In this document: positions 38,742 to 48,550 of the stretch, in pieces
Layout of the letters: each line of letters starts with the position of its first letter
Position numbering within the stretch: position 1 is the stretch's first letter
From: Spirochaetales bacterium
Lineage (GTDB): Bacteria; Spirochaetota; Spirochaetia; Treponematales; Treponemataceae
Direction of reading: 5' to 3'
DNA length: 64,000 bases
NCBI GenBank assembly: GCA_030540405.1
Contig: JAUNWH010000009.1
Span: 2,948 to 66,947 of the forward strand
Position numbers and translations under genes: made by a program
Notes under the pieces: generated by a model
What the model saw: only the letters and a program-made list of their open reading frames with translations
Databases searched by the model: none
Told to the model about the DNA's origin: nothing

Positions 38742-39687
38742 ACATCAGGGATTGGGAAAAGGTCTTGGCGCCTTGATGCAGGAAGCTGATTTGTCTGAGG
38801 AAGTTTCTGAAAATGGAGTTCAGCTTAAGGAAAGTGCGTCTCCTGTAAATTTAAATCTTCCGGCTGGAATTTCTTCTGACGAAAACGGAACTCTTTGGGT
38901 TGATCCGGCTCTTTTAAAACCGAATCCTCGTCAGCCGCGAACTTACTTTGATGATGAAAAACTTGCGGAGCTTACAGAGTCAGTGCGCAAGGAAGGAATT
39001 CTTTCGCCTGTTATAATAGAAGATGCAAATGACGGAACATTTTTTATCATTGCAGGTGAACGCCGTACCCGCGCAGCAAAAGCCGCAGGTCTTGCAAAAA
39101 TTCCTGTTCAGCTTAGAAAATATTCAGAGCAAAGAAAACTTGAAGTTGCGCTTATAGAAAATATTCAGCGTACAGATTTGAATGCGCTGGAAGAAGCCCA
39201 GGCTTATTATGATTTGATGGAGCTTGGAAATTTGACGCAGGATCAGGTTGCGGAGCGTGTTGGAAAAAACAGATCTACTGTTGCAAACTGTCTTCGCCTT
39301 TTAAAGCTTCCAGAAGATATTCAGAAAGCTCTTGTTGCAGATTCAATTTCTTCTGGACACGCGCGCGCCATTTTAAGTTTGGAAAATGATTCTGACAAGC
39401 GGATTCTTTTTGGAAAAATAATTGGACAGGGACTTTCTGTAAGGCAGTCTGAAAATATCGCCAAGGAAATGAAAAGCGGAATTTCTTCAGCAGCAAAAAC
39501 TGATTTTAAGCCAGAGCCAAAAAAAGATCCGAATCTTGCGGCTCTTGAGCAAAAGCTTATTGAGCGGCTTGGAACAAAGGTTCAGTTGAAAGGCGGATTT
39601 AGCAAGGGAACAATTTCTATAAATTATTTTTCTTCTGAAGATTTGGACCGCATTTTTAACTTGATTGTGCCAGACGCAAACTTGTAG
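38734..39687 (+). CDS. parB: Chromosome partitioning protein ParB/Spo0J
   Basis: ParB box PNPRQPR...GERRTRAAK and HTH region. 8-nt overlap with parA. Confidence 0.93.
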   Translation: MAKHQGLGKGLGALMQEADLSEEVSENGVQLKESASPVNLNLPAGISSDENGTLWVDPALLKPNPRQPRTYFDDEKLAELTESVRKEGILSPVIIEDANDGTFFIIAGERRTRAAKAAGLAKIPVQLRKYSEQRKLEVALIENIQRTDLNALEEAQAYYDLMELGNLTQDQVAERVGKNRSTVANCLRLLKLPEDIQKALVADSISSGHARAILSLENDSDKRILFGKIIGQGLSVRQSENIAKEMKSGISSAAKTDFKPEPKKDPNLAALEQKLIERLGTKVQLKGGFSKGTISINYFSSEDLDRIFNLIVPDANL

Positions 39688-39800
39688 TTTCTCTGAATTT
39701 TTTTTTTAAATTTGCCTGGAAGAGTTTATATTCTGATGTTTGCTTGCGTAAAAGCTCGTTCATTTGAAAAAAATGCGGCAAAAGTTTATAATCATTGAAA

Positions 39801-40955
39801 ATGTCTGCAAAAAAACAAAACAGGAAAAGAACTGAAAAAAAAAGAACTCCTCGTAAAAAAAAGCCAAAGATAATTCTTGACAATAAAAGTGTTATGCTTT
39901 TATCCGCATCGATTATTTTCTTGTGTGCAGTTTTTCTTTCCATGGCTTTTGTTTTTTCATCTCCAAAAAAAGAAAAGCAGCCAAAAGTTGCGAATGTTGA
40001 GCAGCCGGTTTTGCGTCAGGAACAAAAAATCAAGTCTGCTGAAAAAAATAAAATTTCAGAAAATATAAATCAGCCGAAAAAGGTTCAGCCTGAAAAAAAG
40101 GAAGCTGTTAAAAAGCCAGTTGAAATTCAGCCTGAAGTAAAAAAAATTCCATTTGAGAAAAAAACACAGCCAATTTCTAAGCCGGAAGTAAAAAAAGAAG
40201 AGCCTAGAATTGCTTCTGTAAATCCGCCTGCAAAAAAAAATGAAGAAATAAAAATTGAAAAATATTCAATTCCGCCTGCAAAAAATGGAGCGACGCTTGT
40301 TTTTATAATTGATGACGGCGGATACGACACTTACAATTTAAAGCTTTACACAAGTCTTCCTTTTCCAATTGCGATTGCGGTTCTTCCAAAACTTGCGCAT
40401 TCAAAAGACTGTGCAACTATCGTAAGAAATTCGGGACAGGAACTTATGCTTCATCAGCCAATGCAAGCTCAGAATTTAAAGCTTAATCCAGGTGAAGGCG
40501 CGATTTTGCCTGATATGTCTTTGAGTGAAGTTTATAAACAGGTTTCAGAAAATATTGCGGAAATCGGACCGATAAAAGGTCTTAACAATCATGAAGGTTC
40601 TCTTATAACTTGTGATGTTATGAAAATTGGTGCGGTTCTTGATGCGGTTCTTGACAACGGAATTTTCTTTGTGGATTCCAGAACTTCCGCGCAGACAAAA
40701 GCTCCTCAAGCCGCATTGGAACGAGACATGAAAATTCTTGAGCGTGATGTTTTTATAGACGACATAATTTCTAAAGATGAAATGCTTGCTCAAATTTACC
40801 GCGGACTTGGAATTGCAAATAAAAATGGAAAAGTTATAATGATTGGCCACGTTGATAAATCTGCAAAAATTCTTCCGCAGCTTTTAAATGATATGTATCC
40901 ATATTTAAAGCAGAAAGGATACAAGTTCGCTTTTCCTTCGCAGATTCAAAAATAG
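39801..40955 (+). CDS. Divergent polysaccharide deacetylase (YibQ-like) with Lys-rich N-terminus and TM anchor
   Basis: FIIDDGGY...LPFPIAIAVLP...NNHEGS blocks typical of the family. ATG 39801 (the ORF track uses TTG 39795). Confidence 0.75.
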   Translation: MSAKKQNRKRTEKKRTPRKKKPKIILDNKSVMLLSASIIFLCAVFLSMAFVFSSPKKEKQPKVANVEQPVLRQEQKIKSAEKNKISENINQPKKVQPEKKEAVKKPVEIQPEVKKIPFEKKTQPISKPEVKKEEPRIASVNPPAKKNEEIKIEKYSIPPAKNGATLVFIIDDGGYDTYNLKLYTSLPFPIAIAVLPKLAHSKDCATIVRNSGQELMLHQPMQAQNLKLNPGEGAILPDMSLSEVYKQVSENIAEIGPIKGLNNHEGSLITCDVMKIGAVLDAVLDNGIFFVDSRTSAQTKAPQAALERDMKILERDVFIDDIISKDEMLAQIYRGLGIANKNGKVIMIGHVDKSAKILPQLLNDMYPYLKQKGYKFAFPSQIQK

Positions 40956-40982
40956 TTTTACTTGTAATGTATTGGAGTATAT

Positions 40983-42020
40983 ATGAAAGTTCTTGGAATA
41001 GAATCTTCTTGTGATGAAACTGCCTGCGCAATTGTTGAAGACGGCAAAAAAATTTTAAGCAATGTTGTTGCAACGCAAATTCCTTTTCATCAGATTTATA
41101 AAGGCGTTGTCCCGGAAATTGCAAGCCGAAAACATGCTGAATGGATTCTTCCGGTTGTAAGACAAAGCCTTGAAGATGCTCATTTGAATCTTGATGAAGT
41201 TGATGCGATTGCCGCTACAAATCGTCCGGGGCTTATGGGCGCGCTCTTGGTTGGACTTACTTTTGGAAAAACTTTGGCATGGGCTTCTGGCAAGCCTTTT
41301 ATAGCTGTAAACCACATGCTTGGACACATGTATGCTGCTCATCTTGAAAATGACATTCCTTATCCGTACATTGGACTTTTGGTTTCCGGCGGACACAGCA
41401 TTATTTCAAAAGTGAATGGCTTTGACGACTTGGAAATTTTAGGAACTACAATTGATGACAGCGTTGGAGAAGCGTTTGACAAGGTTGCAAAATATTATGA
41501 CTTGGGTTATCCGGGAGGAGTTATAATTGACAGGCTTTCTAAAAACGGAAATCCAGATGCGTTCACTTTTCCTCTTCCAAAACTTGATAAAGGAGAACAT
41601 CGTTATGATGTTTCTTTCAGCGGATTGAAAACTGCAGTAATCCATCAGGCTGATATGTTTTTAAATTCAGGATTTGAAAAGTCAGTTGAAAATATCGCGG
41701 CGTCTTTTCAGGAAACTGCTTGTAGAACTTTGGTTTTAAGATTGCTTAGGGCGGTGGAAGACACAGGTCTAAAAACTGTTGTTGCTGGCGGAGGTGTTGC
41801 TGCCAATTCACGGCTTAGAGCGATGCTTGCTGAACATAAAGAAATCAACTGCATTTTTCCTCCTTTAAAATTATGCGGAGACAATGGCGCGATGATTGCC
41901 GGCGTTGCGTATCATTTTCTTAAGCGAGGAGAAACAAGTCCGTTGAATACAACAGCTTGCGCAAGAATTCCGCAGTTTAAAAGAGGACTTGCAAATCTTG
42001 AAGCATTTGGAAGAAGATAA
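40983..42020 (+). CDS. tsaD: tRNA N6-adenosine threonylcarbamoyltransferase
   Basis: MKVLGIESSCDETA N-terminus and HMLGHMYA metal site. 345 aa. Confidence 0.95.
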   Translation: MKVLGIESSCDETACAIVEDGKKILSNVVATQIPFHQIYKGVVPEIASRKHAEWILPVVRQSLEDAHLNLDEVDAIAATNRPGLMGALLVGLTFGKTLAWASGKPFIAVNHMLGHMYAAHLENDIPYPYIGLLVSGGHSIISKVNGFDDLEILGTTIDDSVGEAFDKVAKYYDLGYPGGVIIDRLSKNGNPDAFTFPLPKLDKGEHRYDVSFSGLKTAVIHQADMFLNSGFEKSVENIAASFQETACRTLVLRLLRAVEDTGLKTVVAGGGVAANSRLRAMLAEHKEINCIFPPLKLCGDNGAMIAGVAYHFLKRGETSPLNTTACARIPQFKRGLANLEAFGRR

Positions 42021-42065
42021 ATTTTTGTGCTGAAATTCAGATTGCCTTTCAAAAACATTCTGACT

Positions 42066-42093
42066 TTTACAAATCCGTATATTTTTGTATAAT
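42066..42093 (+). promoter_or_regulatory. Candidate sigma-70 promoter of the ilvD-ilvB operon
   Basis: TTTACA (42066-42071), 16-nt spacer ending in TG, TATAAT (42088-42093). Confidence 0.5.
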
Positions 42094-42199
42094 GGAAATT
42101 AGTTTCAAAAATGGACTGGCTTTTGAAGCTCTTTTATATAGAAAAATACATTTTAAAACTTTTGATTTTTAAAGAAAGTTTTTATACCGAGGTTCGACT

Positions 42200-43891
42200 A
42201 TGACAAAAAAATCTGACAATGCTTGTAAGGGTGTTGCACGCGCGCCGCACCGTTCTCTTTTTTATGCTTCTGGTTATACTGATGAGGAATTGGATCAGCC
42301 GCTGGTTGGTGTTATTTGCGCTAAAAATGAACTTATTCCGGGGCACATTGAGCTTGACCGGATTGCGGAGGCTGTTAAGGCTGGCGTTAGAATGGCTGGT
42401 GGAACTCCGATTGAATTCCCGGCGATTGGTGTTTGCGACGGAATTGCGATGGGCCACGAGGGAATGAAATATTCGCTTGTTACACGCGAGCTTATTGCCG
42501 ATAGCGTTGAATGTGTTGCAAAGGCTCACCAGTTTGACGCTTTGGTTATGATTCCAAACTGCGACAAGATTGTTCCGGGAATGCTTATGGCTGCCGCTCG
42601 TCTTGATTTGCCGACTGTTTTTGTTTCCGGCGGTCCGATGATGCCGGGGCATCTTCCTGGAAATGATGCTTCAAATCCTTATTCCGGCAAGAATCTTTCG
42701 CTTACAGATATGTTCGAGGCTGTCGGCGGTCTTGCTGTCGGAAAAATCACTGAGGAGCAGCTTAAGGAAATGGAGCACAGGGCTTGTCCGGGTTGCGGCG
42801 CTTGTTCTGGAATGTTCACTGCAAACTCAATGAACTGCCTGACTGAAGTTCTTGGTCTTGGGCTTCCTGGAAACGGAACAATTCCTGCTGTAACTGGCGA
42901 AAGAATCGCGCTTGCAAAGCACGCTGGTATGGCTGTTATGAATTTGTATAAGAAAGGAATTACTGCCCGTCAGATGATGACAGCTGAAAATTTCCGCAAT
43001 GCACTTACAGCGGACATGGCGCTCGGATGTTCTTCCAACACAATGCTGCACGTTCCTGCGATTGCGCACGAGGCTGGAATTGACATTGACTTGCACGAAG
43101 TTAATAAGATTTCAGAAAGAACTCCGAACCTTTGCCATCTTGCACCGGCAGGACACACTTTTATGTGCGAGCTTGATGATGCCGGCGGTGTTCAGGCTGT
43201 TCTTGCCGAGCTTGCAAAAAAGAATCTTATAAATACATCTTTGATTACCGCTACAGGAAAAACAATTGCGGAAAATATCAAAGGCGTAAAAAATAGAAAT
43301 CCTGAAATCCTGCGCCCGATTGAAAATCCGTTCAGCGACAATGGCGGAATTGCGATTTTGTTCGGAAACCTTGCGCCAAACGGAACTGTTGTAAAACGTT
43401 CAGCCTGCGCTCCTGAGCTTATGCACCATACAGGTCCGGCCCGCGTATTCAACGACGAAAGCGAGGCGATGGAAGCTGTTCAAAAGTCAAAGATTAAGCC
43501 GGGCGATGTTGTTGTAATCCGCTACGAAGGTCCAAAAGGCGGTCCTGGAATGCGCGAGATGCTTGCGGTTACAGCGGCACTTGCAGGTCAGGGCTTGGAC
43601 AAGCAGGTTGCGCTCATTACAGACGGACGGTTCAGCGGTGCTACACGTGGAGCGTCGTTGGGACATTGTTCGCCGGAAGCAGCTGTCGGCGGTCCGATTG
43701 CGCTTGTTCAGGAAGGCGATAAAATCACTTTGGACATAAACAACTACAAAATCCATCTTGAAGTAAGCGACGAGGAACTTGCCGCCCGAAAAGCAAAGTG
43801 GGTTGCCCCGGAGCCAAAAGTAAAAACTGGCTATCTGGCGCGCTACGCTAAGCTGGTAAGTTCAGCCGATAAAGGAGCAATCTTACAGTAA
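42200..43891 (+). CDS. ilvD: Dihydroxy-acid dehydratase
   Basis: 563 aa. Blocks [22 protein letters not shown]-like [13 protein letters not shown]. Confidence 0.95.
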   Translation: MTKKSDNACKGVARAPHRSLFYASGYTDEELDQPLVGVICAKNELIPGHIELDRIAEAVKAGVRMAGGTPIEFPAIGVCDGIAMGHEGMKYSLVTRELIADSVECVAKAHQFDALVMIPNCDKIVPGMLMAAARLDLPTVFVSGGPMMPGHLPGNDASNPYSGKNLSLTDMFEAVGGLAVGKITEEQLKEMEHRACPGCGACSGMFTANSMNCLTEVLGLGLPGNGTIPAVTGERIALAKHAGMAVMNLYKKGITARQMMTAENFRNALTADMALGCSSNTMLHVPAIAHEAGIDIDLHEVNKISERTPNLCHLAPAGHTFMCELDDAGGVQAVLAELAKKNLINTSLITATGKTIAENIKGVKNRNPEILRPIENPFSDNGGIAILFGNLAPNGTVVKRSACAPELMHHTGPARVFNDESEAMEAVQKSKIKPGDVVVIRYEGPKGGPGMREMLAVTAALAGQGLDKQVALITDGRFSGATRGASLGHCSPEAAVGGPIALVQEGDKITLDINNYKIHLEVSDEELAARKAKWVAPEPKVKTGYLARYAKLVSSADKGAILQ

Positions 43892-43900
43892 AATAATTGT

Positions 43901-43946
43901 GCGAGTTTGCGAAAGCAAACTCGGTAAGTAGCCGTAGGCTACGACC
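43901..43946 (+). repeat. REP-like double-hairpin element, copy 2
   Basis: CGAGTTTGC-GAAA-GCAAACTCG, then GGTAAG, then TAGCC-GTA-GGCTA, starting 10 nt after the ilvD stop. The first stem is identical to the copy at 21695, and the second stem differs by compensatory changes. Confidence 0.7.
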
Positions 43947-44008
43947 GGATAAGGGAGCTATTTTACAATAACCAGTGTTCTGCGAGTTTGCCGTAAGACT
44001 ACGATTCT
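43945..44008 (+). repeat. Degenerate second copy of the ilvD 3' end plus a truncated REP-like element
   Basis: GAT AAG GGA GCT ATT TTA CAA TAA again encodes DKGAILQ-stop. It is followed by GCGAGTTTGC-CGTAAGACTACGA, in which the hairpin core is deleted. Confidence 0.65.
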
Positions 44009-44044
44009 TCAGTAAATAAAAAAAAATAAAAGGAATATTAAGAA

Positions 44045-45778
44045 ATGAAAATTACAGGTTCACAAGTTGTTATAGAATGTCTTATAGAACAGGGAGTTGA
44101 TACTGTTTTCGGTTATCCAGGCGGAAACATTCTTAACATTTATGATGCTCTTTATAAAAATTCAGGCAGAATAAATCATATATTGACTGCGCATGAACAA
44201 GGTGCCGCTCATGCTGCGGATGGATATGCTCGTGCAACTGGAAGAGTTGGAGTGTGCATGGCAACAAGCGGTCCGGGTGCTACAAATCTTGTAACTGGAA
44301 TCGCAACTGCATATATGGATTCAAGTCCGATTGTCGCAATTACTTGCAATGTTCCAAACAATCTTTTGGGAAAAGATACGTTTCAGGAAATTGATATTAC
44401 TGGTGTGACTATGCCGATTACAAAGCAAAACTTCATGGTTCGCGATGTAAAGGATTTGGCAAAGACTATCCGCGAGGCATTTTTTATCGCAAAGACCGGA
44501 CGCCCTGGTCCTGTTCTGATTGATATTCTAAAAGACGTTACTGCTGCGGAAGTTGAATTTGAACCGCTTTCAAAAGAAAATGAAAGAAACGGTATTCTCA
44601 TAGAAAATCATTCAAATTTAAAAAGAATCGCTGAAATAAATATTCCTTCAGAAGAAAATATAAAAAAAGTTGCAGAGCTGATAAATAATTCAAAACGCCC
44701 TTTTATTTATGCTGGCGGCGGAATTGGAATAAGTGGCGCAGAAAAAGAACTTCTTGAGCTTGCGGAAAAAGCAAATATTCCTGTTAGTGAAAGTCTTATG
44801 GCCCGCTCATCGTTCCCGGCAAATCATCCGCTATGCACTTGGATGATTGGAATGCACGGAACAAAAGCAAGCAACATGGGCGTTACAGAGTGCGACCTTT
44901 TGATTTCTCTTGGCTCAAGATTCAGCGACCGTGTTATTTTGGATTCTTCTAAATTTGCGCAGAAAGCAAAAGTTGTCCATATTGATATTGACCCTGCGGA
45001 AATTAATAAAAATATTCCAGCTTACACATCGCTTGTTGGAGATTTAAAGCAAATCCTTAGCCGCCTTATTCCTTCCGTTGAAAAAAAAGAACGCAAGGAA
45101 TGGATTGAGCAAATTCAGGCATGGAAAAAAGAATATCCTGAATGCTACGACAAAAACCCTGAACATTCTATAAATCCAAAATTTATCTGCGAATGTATAA
45201 ACAAAATTGCAGGTGAAAATACATTTATCACAACTGAAGTTGGACAACATCAGATGTGGACAGCTCAGTTTTATCCGTTCACAAAGCCTAGGACTTTTAT
45301 AACTTCCGGCGGATTGGGAACAATGGGATTTGGAACTGGTGCTGCAATGGGAGTTCAGTTTGCGGACAAAAATAACCGCGTTGTACATATCGCAGGCGAT
45401 GGCTCGTTCCGCATGAATTGCAATGAACTTGCGACAATTCAGCATTATAATCTTCCGATTGTAATTATTGTTGTGGACAACCACGCGCTTGGAAATGTAA
45501 GAATGTGGCAGCGTCTTTTCTACGGAAAAAGATTCAGCCAGACAACTCTTGACTTTGGACCGGACTGGTGCAAGCTTGCCGATGCTTACGGAATTAAAGG
45601 CTACAAGGCGAGCAATGCAAAGGAATTTGAAAAAGTTTTCAAGGAAGCTTTTGAAGCAAAAAAGCCGGCAGTAATCGATGCTGAAGTTGACATTGACGAA
45701 ATGGTTCTTCCGATGGTTCCAGGCGGAAAACCGATTTACGACATGATTATGAAACTCAGCGAAGAGGTTATGAACTGA
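44045..45778 (+). CDS. ilvB: Acetolactate synthase (acetohydroxy-acid synthase) large subunit, anabolic type
   Basis: 577 aa. TPP enzyme blocks FGYPGG, TSGPGATN, GRPGPVLIDILKDV, GLGTMGFG. Confidence 0.93.
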   Translation: MKITGSQVVIECLIEQGVDTVFGYPGGNILNIYDALYKNSGRINHILTAHEQGAAHAADGYARATGRVGVCMATSGPGATNLVTGIATAYMDSSPIVAITCNVPNNLLGKDTFQEIDITGVTMPITKQNFMVRDVKDLAKTIREAFFIAKTGRPGPVLIDILKDVTAAEVEFEPLSKENERNGILIENHSNLKRIAEINIPSEENIKKVAELINNSKRPFIYAGGGIGISGAEKELLELAEKANIPVSESLMARSSFPANHPLCTWMIGMHGTKASNMGVTECDLLISLGSRFSDRVILDSSKFAQKAKVVHIDIDPAEINKNIPAYTSLVGDLKQILSRLIPSVEKKERKEWIEQIQAWKKEYPECYDKNPEHSINPKFICECINKIAGENTFITTEVGQHQMWTAQFYPFTKPRTFITSGGLGTMGFGTGAAMGVQFADKNNRVVHIAGDGSFRMNCNELATIQHYNLPIVIIVVDNHALGNVRMWQRLFYGKRFSQTTLDFGPDWCKLADAYGIKGYKASNAKEFEKVFKEAFEAKKPAVIDAEVDIDEMVLPMVPGGKPIYDMIMKLSEEVMN

Positions 45779-45779
45779 T

Positions 45780-46169
45780 ATGAAAAAGGAGCTCAGAGGG
45801 GAAGAGCGTTTTAATGAGATTGGGCGTATTGATTGTGAACGTATCTGCGCCTTGCCCGGAGTCCTTGAAGATATAAGCATGTCTGGATTCAGCGCGCATT
45901 TTCCAAATCCTGTCTTTGTAGATGTGGAAGATGAATATACTGTATTTATAACTTTTTCCCGGCAGGATTTTTCACGTCCGCTTGAATTTGTCTGTGTTCC
46001 AAAATGGAAAAACGAAGACGAAAGTGAAACTGAAATTGGATTTAAGATTTTGCGTTCTCCGGATTCTCCTGCATTGGCTTCCTTTATAAACAGCCTTCAG
46101 GAAAATTCAGAGGAAAATCCAGATCTTGCCGATATGATTATTTCTCCAGAAGCGGAATTTGTAGAATGA
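45780..46169 (+). CDS. Single-domain PilZ protein (predicted c-di-GMP receptor)
   Basis: RGEER (RxxxR), and 21 residues later DISMSG (DxSxxG). 129 aa. ATG is 1 nt after the ilvB stop, and its stop overlaps the next gene start (ATGA). Confidence 0.75.
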   Translation: MKKELRGEERFNEIGRIDCERICALPGVLEDISMSGFSAHFPNPVFVDVEDEYTVFITFSRQDFSRPLEFVCVPKWKNEDESETEIGFKILRSPDSPALASFINSLQENSEENPDLADMIISPEAEFVE

Positions 46170-47149
46170 GCATTTCAATAGAAAAAATTTCAGGCGCGGC
46201 TTTTCTTCCTTTTCCAGAAATGGATGGAATTTTAAAGGACGAGCTAAAAGAACGTTTTTCTGTTTCTATGGAAAACGCTATTTCTTACGGGGAACTTCTT
46301 TACATTCCTGACTACAACGCAAAAAATTCTGACGGAACTTTTAAAGTTCCTTACTTTTGCAGAAGCGCAATGCTTGAGCCTTTCATTTTGAAATTTGATT
46401 CAATTGGAGAAGCTTCCGGCGAGTTGAAAAAAATTCAGCGTTCCTGGGCTTCATGCAGTTCAACTTGTTTTAGAAGAGCCGCATTGATTCAGGAAAAACT
46501 TCCGTATATAAATTTCAAGCCCAAAAATTTTCCTGTAAAACTTCCTGCATCAGAAATTGGACTTTTTTGTTTGCTTGACAAAGGTGAAATGATTGCTTCC
46601 GCAAAAACTTCCAGTCCTCTTCCTGCAGGAAAAATTTCATTTATAGAAGACCATGAAAATCCTCCGAGCCGTGCGTATTTAAAAATTCAGGAAAGTCTTT
46701 CTGTTGCAGACAGCATTTTTGGCTGCGGACTTCCTTCTGCTTCTTCAAGGTGCTTTGAAGCTGGAGCGTGTCCCGGCGGCTGGACTTACGTTCTTGTGAA
46801 TTTAGGCGCAAAAGTTTTTGCAGTTGACAGAAGCGAGCTTGTTCCGTCTTTAATGAAAAATCCGCTTGTTGAATTTTTGGCGCATGATGCTTTTACGTTG
46901 AAGCCTGAATCTCTTGGAGAATTTGACTGGGTTTTCAGCGATGTGATTTGCTACCCTGAACGTCTTCTTGAATGGATAAAAATGTGGCTTGAAAGTGGAA
47001 AAACTAAAAAGATGATTTGCACAATAAAAATGCAGGGAAAAACTGATTGGAATCTGATTTCAAAGTTTGAAGAAATTCCAGACAGCAAAGTTGTGCATTT
47101 GAATTACAACAAGCACGAGTTGACTTTTTTACATTGCCAGAACGACTGA
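46166..47149 (+). CDS. rlmM: RlmM-like 23S rRNA 2'-O-ribose methyltransferase (FtsJ fold)
   Basis: GACPGGWTYVLVNLGAKVFAVD matches the RlmM SAM-binding block GACPGGWTYQLV. 327 aa. Confidence 0.7.
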   Translation: MSISIEKISGAAFLPFPEMDGILKDELKERFSVSMENAISYGELLYIPDYNAKNSDGTFKVPYFCRSAMLEPFILKFDSIGEASGELKKIQRSWASCSSTCFRRAALIQEKLPYINFKPKNFPVKLPASEIGLFCLLDKGEMIASAKTSSPLPAGKISFIEDHENPPSRAYLKIQESLSVADSIFGCGLPSASSRCFEAGACPGGWTYVLVNLGAKVFAVDRSELVPSLMKNPLVEFLAHDAFTLKPESLGEFDWVFSDVICYPERLLEWIKMWLESGKTKKMICTIKMQGKTDWNLISKFEEIPDSKVVHLNYNKHELTFLHCQND

Positions 47150-47164
47150 AAGAAATTTTGAAAT

Positions 47165-47587
47165 TTATTTTATCATAAGAATTGTTCCAGCTGTCAAAAG
47201 AGCCATTCCTGCCAACGTTCTTGCCGTGAACTGTTCATGCAAAAAAATAAACGCAAGAATTAATGTAAGAACAACACTCATTTTGTCGATTGGAACAACT
47301 TTTGAAGCTTCACCGATTTGCAGCGCCTTGTAATAGCATAGCCAGGAAGCTCCTGTTGCAAGCCCTGAAAGAATTAAAAATATCCAGCTTCTTTTGTTTA
47401 TTTCGGAAATGTCAGATTGCGCGCTTGTTACAAACACCATGAGACAAGACATTGCAAGAACAACCGCAGTTCTTATTGCTGTTGCAAGATTTGAGTTTAC
47501 GCCGTCAATTCCTATTTTTGCAAGAATTGAAGTTAGCGCGGCAAATACAGAAGATAAGATTGCAAAAATTAACCACATAATTTTCAT
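47165..47587 (-). CDS. Small EamA-domain (DMT superfamily) membrane transporter
   Basis: 140 aa with 4-5 TM segments and a single EamA-like repeat. Confidence 0.7.
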   Translation of the reverse strand: MKIMWLIFAILSSVFAALTSILAKIGIDGVNSNLATAIRTAVVLAMSCLMVFVTSAQSDISEINKRSWIFLILSGLATGASWLCYYKALQIGEASKVVPIDKMSVVLTLILAFIFLHEQFTARTLAGMALLTAGTILMIK

Positions 47588-47588
47588 T

Positions 47589-47629
47589 AAAAAAAAAGAG
47601 ACTGCTTGTAAAAAGCAATCTCTTTTTTA
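47589..47629. terminator. Hairpin flanked by A- and T-runs; terminator of the minus-strand ABC operon
   Basis: AAGAGACTGCTT / AAGCAATCTCTT stem (one mismatch). T9 on the minus strand and T6 on the plus strand. Confidence 0.7.
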
Positions 47630-47646
47630 GTTTCCTTTTTGTTTTA

Positions 47647-48483
47647 TTAAAGTTTTCCGCCTTCAACTACAAGAGCGTCTGCGTCAGAGTCTGCTCCATA
47701 AGTTGAACGAAGTGTCGCTTCATAGTCAGCATGGAAAAAGTTTTCTTTTCCAAGTTCTACGATTTCATTGTTTAGCCATTCAAGAAGACTTGAGTTTCCT
47801 TTTTGAACTGCGGCGGCGATTGTGTCAAGTTCACCAAGGCTTTCAATTCCAACTTTATATCCCGGATTTTCCAAAGCCCAGGCAAGAACTTCTGTGTTAT
47901 CTGTTGACATTCCGGCTCCTCTTCCGTCAAGCAGGGCGGCGTAGGCTTCTGAATACTGATCGAATTTTAAAAGCTCAACTTCTGGATAATTTTTTGTAAA
48001 ATAAGTTTCAGCTGTAGTTCCTTTGCTGATTATAAGTTTTTTTCCAATCAAGTCTTCAGGCTTTGTAACGAGAGCTGATTCCGGGGAAACAACTCCAAGC
48101 GCAACCTTCATATATGGAAGCGCAAAGTCAACTTTTTCTGCACGTTCTGGAGTTACAGTGAAGTTTGCAAGAACAATGTCAACTTTTCCTGTAACAAGAA
48201 ATTCAACGCGGCTTGCGGCTTCAACTGGAACGTACTTTACTTTTACGCCAAGATCTTTTGCAATGCGGTTTCCAAAGTAAACATCGTATCCTTGGTACTC
48301 GCCGTATTCATCAACATATCCAAATGGCTTTTTGTCGCTGAAAACTGCTATTTTTATTTCTCCGCTTTTCTTTATCTGCTCAACAGTTCTTGCGGAAGTT
48401 TTGTTTTCTTTTGCGCAAGCTGAAAATAAAGCAAGGAGTGTTGCGATTCCGGCGGCAAGAATAGTTCCGTTTTTTGTTTTCAT
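47647..48483 (-). CDS. Polar amino-acid ABC transporter substrate-binding lipoprotein
   Basis: Lipobox LFSAC and a family-3 SBP fold (FGYVDEYGEYQGYDV). Confidence 0.88.
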   Translation of the reverse strand: MKTKNGTILAAGIATLLALFSACAKENKTSARTVEQIKKSGEIKIAVFSDKKPFGYVDEYGEYQGYDVYFGNRIAKDLGVKVKYVPVEAASRVEFLVTGKVDIVLANFTVTPERAEKVDFALPYMKVALGVVSPESALVTKPEDLIGKKLIISKGTTAETYFTKNYPEVELLKFDQYSEAYAALLDGRGAGMSTDNTEVLAWALENPGYKVGIESLGELDTIAAAVQKGNSSLLEWLNNEIVELGKENFFHADYEATLRSTYGADSDADALVVEGGKL

Positions 48484-48550
48484 AGTTCTACCTCTTTTGT
48501 TTAAGATAGAATAAACATACTTATTCGATAGGAAAATGTCAAGCGCAATT

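Noticed and set aside
37896-39800. Search for a parS site (TGTTNCACGTGAAACA) around parAB
   Set aside because: Only half-site-like fragments were seen by eye (for example GTGAAAC at about 27.78 kb and 46.02 kb) and no 16-bp palindrome. I cannot support a parS call without a computational scan.
42094-42199. Possible attenuator, leader peptide or T-box in the roughly 105-nt ilvD leader
   Set aside because: There is no short ORF enriched in Ile/Leu/Val codons, no terminator/antiterminator pair and no T-box sequence.
45044-45880. 278-aa minus-strand ORF spanning the ilvB 3' end and the PilZ start
   Set aside because: Antisense to two well-supported, translationally coupled genes, with a low-complexity translation.
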